From Basidiobolus meristosporus CBS 931.73 (taxonomy: Eukaryota; Fungi; Basidiobolomycota), in NCBI GenBank assembly GCA_002104905.1, contig MCFE01000066.1, forward strand, positions 62,001 to 126,000: a DNA stretch of 64,000 nucleotides, written 5' to 3'. Below the pieces are notes generated by a model, which was given only the letters and a program-made list of their open reading frames with translations, made no database searches and was not told the origin of the DNA. Position numbers and translations under genes: made by a program. This document shows, piece by piece, positions 11,881-25,780 of this stretch. Each line of letters begins with the position of its first letter. The first letter of the stretch is position 1.

Positions 11881-13230
11881 CGCCAACATGATTAGTGACA
11901 CATCTGCTTGTTTTAGATGCAGATTTATAACCTAATTTAATACTTTCTTAAAGCATCTCTCCCATCACTCATATCTATGCACATTATGAAAATTAACCTT
12001 TAGTCTGACCAACAAACTACCTAACTTGCCAACTGCTGTCTCAAAAAATATTGGGCTATCTACAACTCCATACTTGTTCCTCACACCGGTGGTGATACTC
12101 ACATAACATGCAGTAATTACTTTGCATGACAATATGAACACATAGGTATTTGAGCTTAAATTATCATGTTATGTTTACAAAAGGCTTAGAGACTATAATC
12201 AACAACATGTATTGCTCATGTGGCATCAATAACACCATTCATATTGAAACCAAATGTCCACAATGTAAAGCAAATCTTTTTTGTAGTTATTTTGTCACAA
12301 CAGATTGGTTTATTTACGCAGTCCCACCTTCAATTCTCCTCAAGACTCCAGCATAGAAATATCCTTGGAAAAAATTGTTCTGCCCCGCAAAAGAATTAAA
12401 ACTTGAAAATAATTCCCCATAACCAGTTACATTTTTAAATACATTCTCATCCCACCTACACAAACTTGCTCCTCACAATAGTCAGAGTATATGTCCAATT
12501 TATCTACCAAATGTATGCAGTTAGTAAACTATGCCAAAAAAGGCAAAGTTTATGACAATTATCATGCTTACGCAAATATTGTTGGCACTAAACATACAGA
12601 GAGTATGTCAATACTCCTGTCTGGAAAAGTCATTGCTGGTGGCATTATGTCTGGAATATATACAGAAAGATCTGCCTGTAGTGTTATTATCAGAGATCCA
12701 TGTCTTGATTTTAGCAAAATACAATTCCCAGAAGATATTACTGAAAGCATTGGAATTTCTATTTGATTTCACAAACATAAATTAATATCCTTCTCCAACC
12801 ACAAAAAAAATTAAACTTGACAACAAAGTTTTGGTCAACAACCTAAACTTAATATGTGTCAGCTGCACTTACAAGGAATTAATGTTGGATGATAGCAAAG
12901 CCCTTATAAACTGCAACCTTCTCTTAAAAACACTTCTGTTCTAGGATCTAAAGCTAAATACAACAGGATGACATAAGACTGTATCTATTAATTAACTTGA
13001 AACCCCACCTTTAACGTCAGTTTTGACAGTAATATAATGAGTATACTAGCTGTTCACAGTACAGAACACAAATCCAACCTGTTATTCAAAGTAACAAAGA
13101 TGAAATCACCTCCACACACTCAGGATAAAATTACAGGAGCATATTTCATGACTTTAATCAATGAGCCAGTTGCTCCTGATATTTCTACTGACTTCTTTCT
13201 ACTTTGCAAGCAAGATACATTTGTAAAAAG
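11880..13230 (+). other. Unassigned AT-rich segment with short broken ORFs, one Cys-rich (CSC..KCPQC..C)
   Basis: No match to any other repeat in the window; ORFs at 12150-12356, 12491-12766 and 13037-13318. Confidence 0.3.
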
Positions 13231-13234
13231 TATA

Positions 13235-14473
13235 TACCTTATGCTGGTAGAGTACTTGTTTAATGAGAATCCATCAAGTGCTAAAGCAAAGGCGTGGTCA
13301 TACATACCTTCAAGGTAGCCCTTGCTTCTTAGCTGTTTGTAATGTTTGCCATTATATATATTGGATATGATTGCACTTGATTGATACTGAGTGCGGTACT
13401 GTATAGCTTTGTAATATTTGTTGGACTGCATCAGCTTCCTCAGTTGGGGTATAACCTGAATACATCCAGAGTGTGAATATCACTTTCCCTTAACAGTGGT
13501 GGATTCCTAACAATTTGGACACGTTGTAAGGATAGCATTTTGGATGTGAATGCCATGCAACTGCTAACGCATGCTGGAATCAGGACAGTCTCTGGATCAT
13601 ATGTTGCCAGCTGCATGATGGTTGTCCACTTGTACCATGTACATGGTAAGTTGCATCCTGGTATGATTTTGGCAAGAGGTAATAATTAATCCTCAAAGCC
13701 CCTGTTACTGATATTAGTGGAAATGCACAACTTCTCTAGCCTCAACATTATATCATTCACCAGTAGATGGATTACTGGACCCACTTGGCTCCATAAAGTA
13801 TCCTTGGCATTTGTTTCAATGGGTGTTGTCTCATTGCATATAGGGATTTGACCGGGCTTATACGTGGTACTGTTGTTGGGGGAGATAGGTTTAAAATCAA
13901 TCAGTGAACCTTCTTTGTCAGAGCTATCACTCTGCATGCTATATTCAGAAGGCTGAGGTGAGCCTAAAGGTATCACAAACTCACCTGACTCAGTTTGCGC
14001 AAGGTGACAAAGACAGCCAGGTGCCAATGTAGAAGTATCAACTGGCTGACAAGATAATGTTGGTACAGTAGTGACCAATGAATGGTCAATTATGACTTGG
14101 GTGGTAAAACACTGGCTGTGATCCTTGTAATACTTCCTATGCTGTCTGCATGCTTCATGGCTGAGAGGCTTGCCACAATAGCCACATGGTCTTTTTTCTC
14201 TTCTCTTAAGGTGTTGAGTCAAAGTAGTCTTGTCCATGGGGGAAACAGTTTGACCCTCAACTACATAATGCTATTATATCACCTTTTGGTCAATACTCAT
14301 GTGAACTTAAGACAGTCTTGTATTTAGTACATTGCACCTACATGAGTGTAAGATTCAATAATGACCCACCATAGTACGCATTATAAACAAAGTTGTGGCA
14401 CCACATACCCATGTATATGTAACACTAATCCCCTTTGGTTTGACTCAATGACATATACATGCTTCCAAAAAAT
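13235..14473 (-). pseudogene. CACTA-like transposase N-terminal half and divergent promoter region
   Basis: ORF 13686-14237 MDKTTLTQHLKRREKRPCGYC.. and ORF 13120-13431 ..GYLEGMYDHAFALALDGFSLNKYS. Confidence 0.85.
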
Positions 14474-14841
14474 TGTTACAAGTCTTGGTATAAGAGTTGT
14501 AGTGGAATAGAGAGTTTAGCTAGTTTTGTATTCACTAAAGCTTGAGCTGATTTTTATTGAGGTTCCTGCAGCTCCTTATATACATTTTTGCCAATTCAAT
14601 TGCTGAATAATTGTATTTCCTAATGCAGTTTGTGGCTGATGACTCATTTGATTGCATCATCATCACCCAATAAGAGCCTACTTAATATATCTATTCCTGT
14701 TTGATAAGGATATGCTGATTCATCTGCTGACTAATGATACTGATTTGATAGATAACACTGATATACTGATAGGTTAAATGTATAACTATTGATTTGACTA
14801 AAACTGATCTAACTTAAACATTCAAGCCGTAGATCACAACA
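14474..14841. mobile_element. Gypsy-A solo LTR (368 bp) at the CACTA accessory start codon
   Basis: TGTTACAAG...GATCACAACA preceded by ATGCTTCCAAAAAAT, the same junction as 35669. Confidence 0.9.
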
Positions 14842-15628
14842 TAGGTAAGAAGCTATCTTGCAACTCAGGCTTTTAGTGATTGCCTCAAACCATACAGAGA
14901 TTTTTTAAGCTTGCATACCCAATGAGAGTTATCTTAGTCAGCAAACTCATGAGCCTGGTCCATGTACACATCTTCATCAACTTGCTTTTACTTTCAGATA
15001 TGACAGATTATAAGTCAACTTGTATAAACTCTGATCTCTGATACCCAAAGCAATATGGACACCGCTTTAATCAATGATCTTGCATCTAGAATTGTCAGCT
15101 GAAAACAGCTCCTTCTGATATGGCATTTTTTGTAGATAGTGGATTTATGGCCCATGCTGGTATATAGAGTACCTCCTGAAGGTAAGTGCGTGGCATCCTT
15201 CACTGCTCAAGCGGTTTACTTTAACAGTTCCACCTCCAACTGCATTAAGTGATTTATTGATACACATGAAAGCCTTCTTAGTTAGAATTTTGAGTGGAAT
15301 ATTCTTTTTGGAGTGTAAGTGTTGAGATGCTCTAGAGTCAATATGCCATATCTGAGAATATTTGCTTGTGGTCATGTTCAGTGCAGATATGAATAGTCTA
15401 GCCTCAGTTGTTGCAGTGTTCTATAATAAAGCATATCTTGCCTATTATGTCTCTTTGGAGTATTGGTCTAATGTGTGTTCTTTCCTTTTGTAATAGTTAC
15501 AAAAACAGGTTACTATTGACTTTAAAGGATCTTGGGTACCACCTCTGTTTGCTGTCATTACTTATGAAAGCATTTTCACCTTCTTATTTATTAGTGCCTG
15601 ACTTCTTAATTCTTCATCCTGGAGCATT
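14842..15628 (-). pseudogene. Second-family copia remnant (protease and RT pieces, internally deleted)
   Basis: IWHIDSRASQHL protease motif at ~15340; VCKLKKSLYGLRQSLKA RT motif at ~14870-14920. Confidence 0.7.
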
Positions 15629-18559
15629 CCCTATGGATATTATTTGGTCCCACAGGTGGATCTGATCCAGATCAGCCATTGGGATCCCACAATGGGTCTG
15701 TCATAATGAGGGCAGCTTAGAATTACTGACCCTCCACACATTCTTATGATGGGATTGTTATAGAGTTTTACCAAGTTTACAGACAAATAAAGTAAAAAAT
15801 TTGACCATGTTTAAGTAGTCTTTTGACAAGAGTTGAATGACACTCCTATTGTCTTAATGCACTCTTCACTTATTTGAGCAGACCTGCCAGCCAATACATC
15901 CAATTGCCTTATATGCCAGGAGGGCTTCATGGTGTTCTGATATCCACATTGCAAACTGCTGCTGAAATTATACCAGCAGTATGGTAGCCCTAAAGCCAGT
16001 CCTATATAATGCAGCTGTAGCAACTTACCAATAATATTCTCTTTTTCATCCTCCCCTTGCACCAATCATATCACCACTGAAGAATTAGTTTTTTAGTGTG
16101 AAATTTGCAAAGTTACCATATACACATTTAATACTGAACTGATTACCCATACTGTAGGGCTGCTTAGCTTCTTAATGCCAAAGTTGTAAATGTCTCCATG
16201 TGCACACCTGTCCTCAGTATTTTCCAACTCCGTTTTGCTGTAATCCATGTGCCAACTCATTGCATCCATGACAGACTTGAAGATAACAATCTTGATGAGA
16301 TTGGGATATGGTAATACCTGAGACTTGACTTGTCCTCCTACTCCCCTGCACATCTGCACCATAGGGAACCCTCAAAAGGTGAATCAAGGCCCAATATTTT
16401 CCACATGCCAAGCAAGATGGAGTAGAGAATGGATACACTAGCAGCAGATCTACACATTCAGCTTTATGCGTGTAGTATGGCCACTCAAGTTGTGCCATAC
16501 ACTCCTTGCATAACACCTATAGATGCTTCAAGTTGGCATTGGTGATCCAACTGTGAATAAATAATTCTACAATCTCAGCATTTAACTCCCAATTCCTCCA
16601 ATATACTATTGATTGAAATGGCTTCAGAAGTTCACTTGAATAAATTCATTCTTAGCTCATACAGTCTGTGCATTTGTATTGTTGCATGTGAGTATCAATA
16701 TTGATAGGAGCCTGTGGGAAGTATTTTGGGTAGCAGATGCTCTGTGATCTCTTGCCAATTCTTTCAAATTTCTCTTGTCTCTTGAAGGGCTCATTCAGCT
16801 TGATATGCCCCATGTGCAACTTGGTCCTTAGTATGGGGATATTACTGAAAAGCAAATATATTGCTTGGAGTGGATGCATTTGCTCCAACAGATACCCACT
16901 ATCTTAAGTATCCCCAGTTTCAATTAAGCTCATGTGCTGGCCAATAGCTGATTGCTTTACAACTTTGCTGCAATTGCATGCTAGTTTTGGTATATTCTCT
17001 TTGTTGGAAGATGATGTTCTTTGTGTTGGTATTTGGACAATAATACTGTGTTTGAGTTATGGTGTAAATCTACTGTATCTCAAACATTTAAGAGCAATAC
17101 TGCTCATTGTGCCCAGAAGAGCCAGCTATCTTGCTGATGGCTGGGGTGTCTTCAATGCAAAGAATAAGATATGCTTTGATGTGATGGCACAGAGGTAGGT
17201 AGATAAGAATCAGTGGCCTGCAGGATTTGCTGGCAGAGTCTTTGTTTATTGAAAACCCATCATGTGCAAAGGCAAAGACATGGTCATATATACCTTCATA
17301 GTACCACTTGCTTCTTAGTTGCTTGCAATGTTCACCATCAAATATATTGGCAATACTTGTGCTTGTCTGATACTGAGTGTGGTACTTCATTGCTTCACAA
17401 TATTTGTTGGACTGCATGAGCTTCATTAGACTGGGTATTACTGGAATATATCCAGGGTGTGAATGCTGGTTCCTCCAATGGTGATAAATTCCTGCTAGGC
17501 TGGACACCTTGCAATAGTGGCATTTTTTGATGTGAATACCATATAGCTGCTACCATAGGCAGGTAACAGGACAGACTCTGGGTTGCATGTTGCCAGCTGC
17601 ATGGTGGTTGTTCATTTGTACCATATACATGTAGAGTTGCATTCTGGAATGATCTGGTAAAATGCTGTAGTAAATCATTAAAGTCCCCATTACTGATATT
17701 TTTTGAAACATCCCATTTAACTAGCCACAGTATTACATCTTAAACCTGTAGATAGTCTACTGGGCTCACTTGGCTTCATAAAATATCCTCACCACTATCT
17801 TCTACAGGTATTGTATCAATGCATATTGGATTTTGTGGGACACATACAAGGTACTGTTTTTAGCAAAGATAGGCTCAAAACCCACCAGTGAGCCTTCTTC
17901 TTTAGAGCTATTACACTGCATACCATATTCAGACAGCTGAGGTGAGCCTAAACGTGTCACAAACTCACCTGTCTCATCCTGCACCAAACCAGGTGATAAG
18001 TATAACTTGGTTCCATCAAAGCAGTGTTGAGTGCCAGCAAAATATTGCTCATATAGTAGTGATAGATGAATGGTCAGATATAACTTGTGTGACAAAACAC
18101 TGGCTATGATGCTTGTAATACTTGCGGTGCTGTCTGCATGTTTGATGGCTGAGAGGCTTGTTACAATAGCCATATAGTCTTTTTGCTCTTTTATTATGGC
18201 ATTGAACCAAAGTAGTCTTCTCCATAGGGCAACAGCTTAGTACTCAACAACATAGCAATATTCTATCTCTTTTGTATCAATAGTCATGTGAATTGAAAAG
18301 AGTCCTATATTTGAGACAATATACCCACATGGAAGTAAGATTTTGATGTGATTGGCCGTAGTAAGCATTATAAATAAAGCTGTAGCACTACAGAGACATG
18401 TATATGTAACACTATTTTATGTTTACTCTTCTCACTTTGTTATATATGCCACCAAAAAATAGAGCAATGTCAACTGGTTCCAAATCAAGTCCACTGTTGA
18501 CAGCAGCAGATGAATGGTTACACAACAGCTTACTTTAACATGTAGTGTAACAAGCCAGC

Positions 18560-21500
18560 TGTTGAGTTATTGGACTATATGGTATCACTCAGCAGCTAAA
18601 AATTTACTTAACAATTCTAGACTAATCTTGGTCACTGTAGGACTGATGCACTGCTCTAGCTTTACCACTTTCTTACATCCTATGGTCCTAAAATTAATCC
18701 CTTGTAGTCCAGATTAAACTAACACTTTTTACCAGGTATTATGTACCAGTCCTGAAACTAATACACAATACTCCTGAATGTAGAGAGACCCTCTTTTCTT
18801 AGTGTTACAGATAATTACATCAACAAAGGTATAAATACGTTGCCTCTTTATGAATAAGCAACTGCTAAACTATTTTCACTAAATCTTGAATAGTTCCTTA
18901 TATCCTAATCACTTCTTAAATTGAAACTGGTTATGAGCCCTGATTGCTATAATCTATTATGAGGATGACTTCTACCAGCAAATCAAACAATACAAACATC
19001 TTATCTGTGAAGAAGAACTTAGACGGGCAGAGCTACAGACTTTGGAGGGTCAAGATGCCAATCCACCTTGAGGAAAGAAAGCTCAGGAATATAGTGACAG
19101 GAAAAGTAGTTGAAACCATGATGGTGACACTTGCAGAAGAACATTACAGTATTAATGCTGGTGCTTTTGAATGTGTTGCAATTTAAGGAGTGCTTTGGAT
19201 ACAAGGAACTTATCAAGAAATAGTGATAATAGTTGAACTGTTGTTTATTAATAAAGAAGCTCAGTATTTATACCTTTGTAGAAGTAAAATAGCTGTAGCA
19301 CTAAGTAAGGAGGGTTTCTCAATACTCAAGAGTATTCTGTAACAGTTTCAGGGTTAGCACATAATAGTTAGCATTAGTGCTAATTTGATCCTTACTATAG
19401 GGGAATAATCATATGAACGTAGATCTGAAGAAAGTGGCAAAGTTAAAGCTGTAGATTAGTCCCACAGTGACCAAGATTAGTCCAGAATTGTTAAGTAAAT
19501 TTTTAACTGCAGAATGATACCAAATAGTCCAATATTACAATACTCCCCCCAACTAAATAATTTTTTAATCCTAATTCCTCCCTGAGATTCTCAAATTGTG
19601 GCCTAGCTAGTGGTTTTCAATATATCCACCACCATTTTGTTAGTTGGGCAGTACACTAACTCTACCAAGTTATTTTCTACAATGTCCCTCACAAAGTGAT
19701 GCTGTATAGCAATGTGCTTAGTTCTGGCATGATTAGTAGGATTTCTAGCTAATGAAATACAGCTTTGATTATCCTTGTAGATACATGTTGGTTCATCTGA
19801 ATTAAAACCCAAGTCTTTGAATAATTTTTGTAGCCATAGAGCCTCCTTAGCTGCTTGACATGCAGCCATATATGCTGCTTTGGTTGTAGATAGGGCCACA
19901 GTTGGTTGTTTCTTGCAATTCCAAGTAATAGCTGCACCAGCATAAAGAAATACATAGCTTGTGCTAGAGCCTCTGTCAATCAGATCCCTACCCCAATCTG
20001 AATCACTATAACCATCAAATTTTTGCCTATTAGCTGCTTCAGAGTATTCCAGTACCATATTTATGGCACCTTGCAGATATCTAAAAATCTGCTTAACTGC
20101 TGCAATTTGATCTAATCCATAATTCTGCATGAATTGACTGACTATTCCAACTGCCACTCCAATAACTGGACATATAGACACCATCAAGCACATTAGGCTA
20201 CCAACCATTGATTGCTAGGGAAAGTTTTGGTCCATACTTGAGCCGTTTTCATCTATAACTGGCTGAGACTTGCTTAATTCAGGTTATTGTCCATAGGGTA
20301 ACTGAAGATTTGCAATTTTCCATTTTGAAGCATCTAAGAATATCCCTGATGTACTTAGACTGATTCTGCACAATTTTCTGTGCAGGTCTGTCAAGTTTGA
20401 CCTCAATTTCAAGAAAATAGCTCAATTTTCCAAGATCTTTCATCTCAAACTTGCTGAAGATATCTGATTTTGTCTGTTTAAGTGCCTCTTGGCCACTTGC
20501 AGCTATAATTATGTTGTCCACATAAAGAAGTAGGATGATCACACCCTTTTTGAGCTGTTTCACATATATACTCTGATCTGCAGTGCTACAAGAGAACCTA
20601 ATTTCCTCTAGATATGTATCAATCTTGTTATACCCTGCTCTAAGTGCCTGCTTAAGCCCATACAACAATTTTCTAAGTTTGCACACCTTATGGGGGCCTT
20701 TTGGATTGGTCAAACCTGATGGTTGCTCCATATATTTAGTTTGTTGCAAATCCCCATTTAGAAAGGCTGTTTTGACGTCCATTTGGTGTAGATCTAGACT
20801 CTGTACAGCTGCCAGGGCTAGAACTGTCCTAATGGAGTTAAACCTGGCAACCAGAGCATATGTTTCCTTAAAGTCTAGTCCCTGGAAATGGGAGTAACCC
20901 TTAGCCACCAATCTAGTCTTGTACTTATCAATGGCACCAGTTGAGGCTATCTTGATCTTGTTGACCCATCTACATCCTATTGGCTTTCTCCCATTCGGTA
21001 ATTCTACCAGTTCCCATGTTTTTGCCTTGATCAGTGATTTGTACTCCTCCTGCATGGCTTGTTGCCATATAGTAGCATCTGGACTTTGCAATGCCTGTTC
21101 CAGATTCTGAGATTTGGCACACAAGGCAAGATAAGCTTCTTCATGATCATTGGATGTCTGCCACTAGGATCCAGGGGCATTTCTTATTCTGGTAGATCTC
21201 CTAATTGGGATAATCTGTTCTGATCTGGAACTGGTAGAAGTATCTTCCATCTCTGGCTGGATTTGGTACATATCTTCTTCATTAGTGTTGATTACATCAT
21301 TAGGCAGCTGGCCAATGAGTTCTGTGACTTTCTGATCTAAATTCTGCTTCAGTACAATGTCCCTGCTCTTGATCAGCTTCCGAATTTTGCCATCATACAC
21401 TCTGTGCCCTTTAGTATCTTCACAATACCCAAGAATGATCCCTTTCCTACACTTTGGTTCCAACTTTGAGTGTTTTTTGTCAGGGACGTGATAAAAACCA

Positions 21501-24500
21501 TCACTGCCAAAGATCTTGAGGTGCTGGAGATCTGGTTTTTGCCTGTATATGCTTCAAAGGGTGTAGAATCACGTAGTACTGTTGTTGGGCATCTGTTCTT
21601 GATGTATACAGTGGCAGCAACAGATTCAGCCCAAAATTTGTAGTCCATTCCCTTATCATGTGGCAAAGATCTTCCCACCTCTACTACTGTTCTAGTTGCA
21701 CATTCTGCTACTCCATTTTGCCGTGGAGTAAGAGGAACTGTTGTCTGTTGAAGTATACCAGTAGGCAAGCAGCATTTTGCAAACTCCTTTGAATGGTATT
21801 CTCCTCCATTATCACTTTGTAGTACCTTCAATTAACACCCAGTTTGTGTTTTGGCCATGTCCTTGAAGTGCTTGACCTTCTCTAAAGCTTCATCCTTTGT
21901 TTTGAGAAAGTACACCCGTGTATATCTTGTTTTGTCATCAATAAATGTCATAAAGTATCTCTTGGCTCCAAAGCACAGTGTGCCCATAGGACCACATATA
22001 TCTGAGTGTACAATAGCCAATATTTTGGTGGTATTGATGCCTTCAGTGCTCTTGAAATGTTGCCTAGCTTGTTTGCCATAAGAACATCCCTTACAAACAT
22101 TCAACTTGATTGGAATTGAGTATTTTAGGCCCAAAATAGCCTGATTTTTCACCAATTGGCTCATTTTCTGTTTCCCAATGTGACCTAGCCTCCTAAGCCA
22201 CATCTACCAGTTGGTTTCATCAGTTTCAGCAATGTTGGCATACTCAGTTACAATGATCTTGCATTGTAGCTTGCATATACATTGTGATCTCTGATTCCCA
22301 AAGCTAATTTTTGTCCATTCTCACTCAATATTGAACGTCCGAGTTCTTCATGGAGAAGTCTTCCTTTGACATAGTCTAAAGTCAAGTTGTCTTCTCTGCT
22401 TTCAAAAGAAAGTATAGGTGGCTCATACTTGTCTGGTAGGCTGCAAAGCAGACAGAGTATCTTTTCTTCATCATCTACACCAGCATTAATACTGTGAAGT
22501 TCTTCTGCAAGTGTCTCCATTCTGGCAATGAGTTGTAGCATGTCATCATCTGGCTTCTTCCTCATGCTGAAGAACTTTAGTTTTAAATAAAGCTTGCTTG
22601 ATACTGACTTTGCTCTAAAGATCTTCTCTAAGGATTCCCATGCTGCTTTGGCAGTATTTGAGGCATGGATTTGTCCAATGGAGGAGTCTTGCACATTGAT
22701 GCATATGGCATTGCAGGCCTTTCTCTCCTCTTGAAACTTCTCCACATCTTCTGCTGTTCCTTTGGGCTCAACTTCTTTTCCTGCTACTATATTCCAAAGC
22801 TTCCTTTCCTCAAGGTGGATCTGCATCTTGATTCTCCAAAGTCTGTAGTTCTATACATCAAACCTCTCCTTTACAGGGAAGATGTTTGTGTTTTTCTGTT
22901 TCCTTGTCAAAGTCATCTTTAGAATAGATTAAAGCAATTGGGGCTCATAACTTGTTGCAATTTAAGAAGTGTTTTGGATATAAGGAACTTATTAAGAAAT
23001 AGCAATAATAGTTGAACTGTTGTTTATTAATAAAGAAGCTCAGTATTTATAGCTTGGTAGAAGTAATATAGCTGTAACACTAAGTAAGGAGGGTTTCTCA
23101 ACATTCAGGAGCATTCTGTAAAAGTTTCCGGGTTAGTACATAATAGTTAGTTTCAGTGCTAATTTGATCCTGACTATATGGGAACAATCATAAGATTATA
23201 GATCTGAAGAAAATGGCAAAGTTAGAGCTGTGAATTAGTCCCATACTGACCAAGACAGCAAAATGGAGTAGCTGAACATGCAAATATAGCAATAGTAGCA
23301 AAGGAAGATATATGCTACATGACAAGGGAATAGACTACAAGTTTTGGGCTGAATCTGTTGCTGCCCCAGTATACATCAAGAAAATATGCCCAACATCAGC
23401 ACTGCATGATTCTACACCCTGTGAAGCATATACAGGCAAAAAACCAGACCCCCAGCACCTCAGAATCTTTGGCAGTGGTGTCTTATATCAAATTACAGAC
23501 AAAAGACACTTAAAGGTAGACCCAAAGAGTAGAAAAGGGATCTTTCTTTGGTATTGTGATGGTACTAAAGGGTATAGAATGTTCAGTGGCAAAAAATAGC
23601 AGCTGATCAAGAGCAGGGATGTTGTACTTAAGGAGAATTCAGATCAGAAAGTCACTGAAATCAATGGCAAGCTGCCTGATATTGTTATTAGCACTAATGA
23701 AGAAGATATGTGAAGAAGATATGTAGCTAATTCCACCACATACAGAAGATAAGTCTGCCAGTTACAGATCAGAGCAGATTTTTGTAGTTAGGAGATCTAC
23801 CCAAATAAGAAATGCCCTTGGATCATGGTGGTAGACATCTAATCATCATTAACAAGTGTCTCTTGCTTTATGTACAAAACCTCAGAATCCAGAACAGGCA
23901 ATGCAAAGTCCAAGTACTATTATGTGGTAATAAGCCAAAAACATGGGATCTGGTAGATTTACCAAATTGGAGAAAGCCAACAAGATGTAAATGGGTCCAC
24001 AAGCTTAAGATAACTGCAAATAGTACCATTGACAAGTACCAGGCTAGATTAAAATCTAAAGGCTATTCCCACATCCAGCAACTAGACCTATAGGCAATTT
24101 TGCTCCAGATGTCAAGTTTAACTGTATTACGACAGTTCTAGACCTGGCAGTTGAACACAGACTAGATCCACACCAAATGTACATCAAGACAGCCTTACTA
24201 AATGGGAATTGCAAGTAACAATGTATATGGAGCAACCAGAAGGTTTTATCAATCCAAAAAGCCCACAAAAGGTGTGCAGACTTAGGAAATTGTTGCATGG
24301 GCTCAAGCCAGCACCTAGAGCATGGTATAAAAGATTCACATATATCCAGACAAGATTTGGTTCATTTGTACCATAGCAGATAGGGTATAACAAGATTGCT
24401 ACATATCTAGAGGAAATTAGGTTCACTTGTGGCACTGCAGATCAGAGTATATATGTTAAACAGCTCAGAAAGGGTGTGATCATCCCACTGCATTATGTGG

Positions 24501-25727
24501 ACCATCAAATAATACCTGCAAGTGAGTAACAGGCACTAAAACAGACAAAGTGGGATCTCTTCAGCAAGATTAAGATAACAGATATTGAAACACTGCGCTA
24601 TTTGCTGGAAACTGAAGTCAAATTTGAAATGCCTACGCAGATAATTGTGCTGATGCAGTTTAAGTACATCATGGACATTCCTAGATGCTTTAAAATGAAA
24701 GATTGCAAATCTGCAGCTACCCCTAGGAACAATAATCCAAAAGTGAGCTAATCTCGACCAGTGTTGGGTTGTAATGGTGCACATATGGATCAAAGCTTTT
24801 TCCATCAGCTGATTTCAAGTATATACCAGGGACCATAAATATGGTACTGTACTCCTCTGCAGTAGCAAATAGGCAAGAGTTTGATGGTTATAGTTACTCA
24901 GATTGGGGTAGGATCTGATTGACAGATGCTCTACCACTGGGTAAGTATTTATTTATGCTGGTGCAGCTATTACTTGGAATTGGAAGAATCAACCAACTTT
25001 GGCCCAATCTACAACTTGAGCTGAATATATCACTGTTTGTCAAGCAGCTAAGGAGGTTATATGGCTATGTAACTTACAGAAAGACTTGAGTTTTAACTCA
25101 GATGAACCAACATATATTTACAAAGATAATCAAAGTTGTGCTTTATTAGCTATGAATCTTACTTATCATTTCAGAACTAAGCACATATATATACAACACC
25201 ACTTTGTGAGTGAAGTTGTAGAATATTACTTAGTAGGGTTAGCTGACTGTCCAACTGACACAATAGTGGCAGATATATTGACAAAGCCACTAGCTAAACT
25301 GCAATTTGAGAATCACAGAGAGAAATTAGAATTAGTAATTTTGTAGTTGAGGGGTAGTATTGAAGTATTGAACTATATGGTATCATCCATCAGCTAAAAA
25401 CTTCCTTAATAGTTCTAAACTTGTCTTGGTTACTGTAGGACTAATATATAGCCCTTACTTTGCCACTTTCTTTAGATCTATAATCCCAAGATTAATTCCT
25501 AATAGTCAAGATCAAATTAACACTTCTTACCAAACATTATGTACCAACCCTGAAACTGTTACAGAATGCTCCTGAATGTTGAGAAACCCCCCTTACTTTG
25601 TGTTACTGCTGTATTACTTTGACAAAGGTATAAATACTGAGCCCCTTTATAAATAAGCATCAACTAAGTTATTGCAACTATTTCTTGATAGGTTCCAGTT
25701 ATCCAAATCACTTCTTAAATTGCAACA
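18560..25727 (+). mobile_element. Older copia copy (LTRs 18560-18928 and ~25359-25727), internally deleted and holding a nested copia
   Basis: 5' LTR + PBS + gag start; INT/RT/RH remnants at 23257-25358; 3' LTR after PPT; flanks CCAGC/CAGGC rejoin the CACTA accessory sequence. Confidence 0.8.
19174..23256 (-). mobile_element. gag-pol: Copia copy on minus strand with gag/protease deletion and truncated 5' LTR
   Basis: 3' LTR 19174-19542, PPT, RH 19603-20208, RT 20279-21124, INT 21373-22203, gag 22248-22826 fused LHEEL|GRSILSENG, PBS, partial 5' LTR 22953-23256. Confidence 0.92.
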
Positions 25728-25780
25728 CAGGCTACATCCAAAAAGCCATGCTGACAGTATGCCTGCTGAAGGTAATAATG

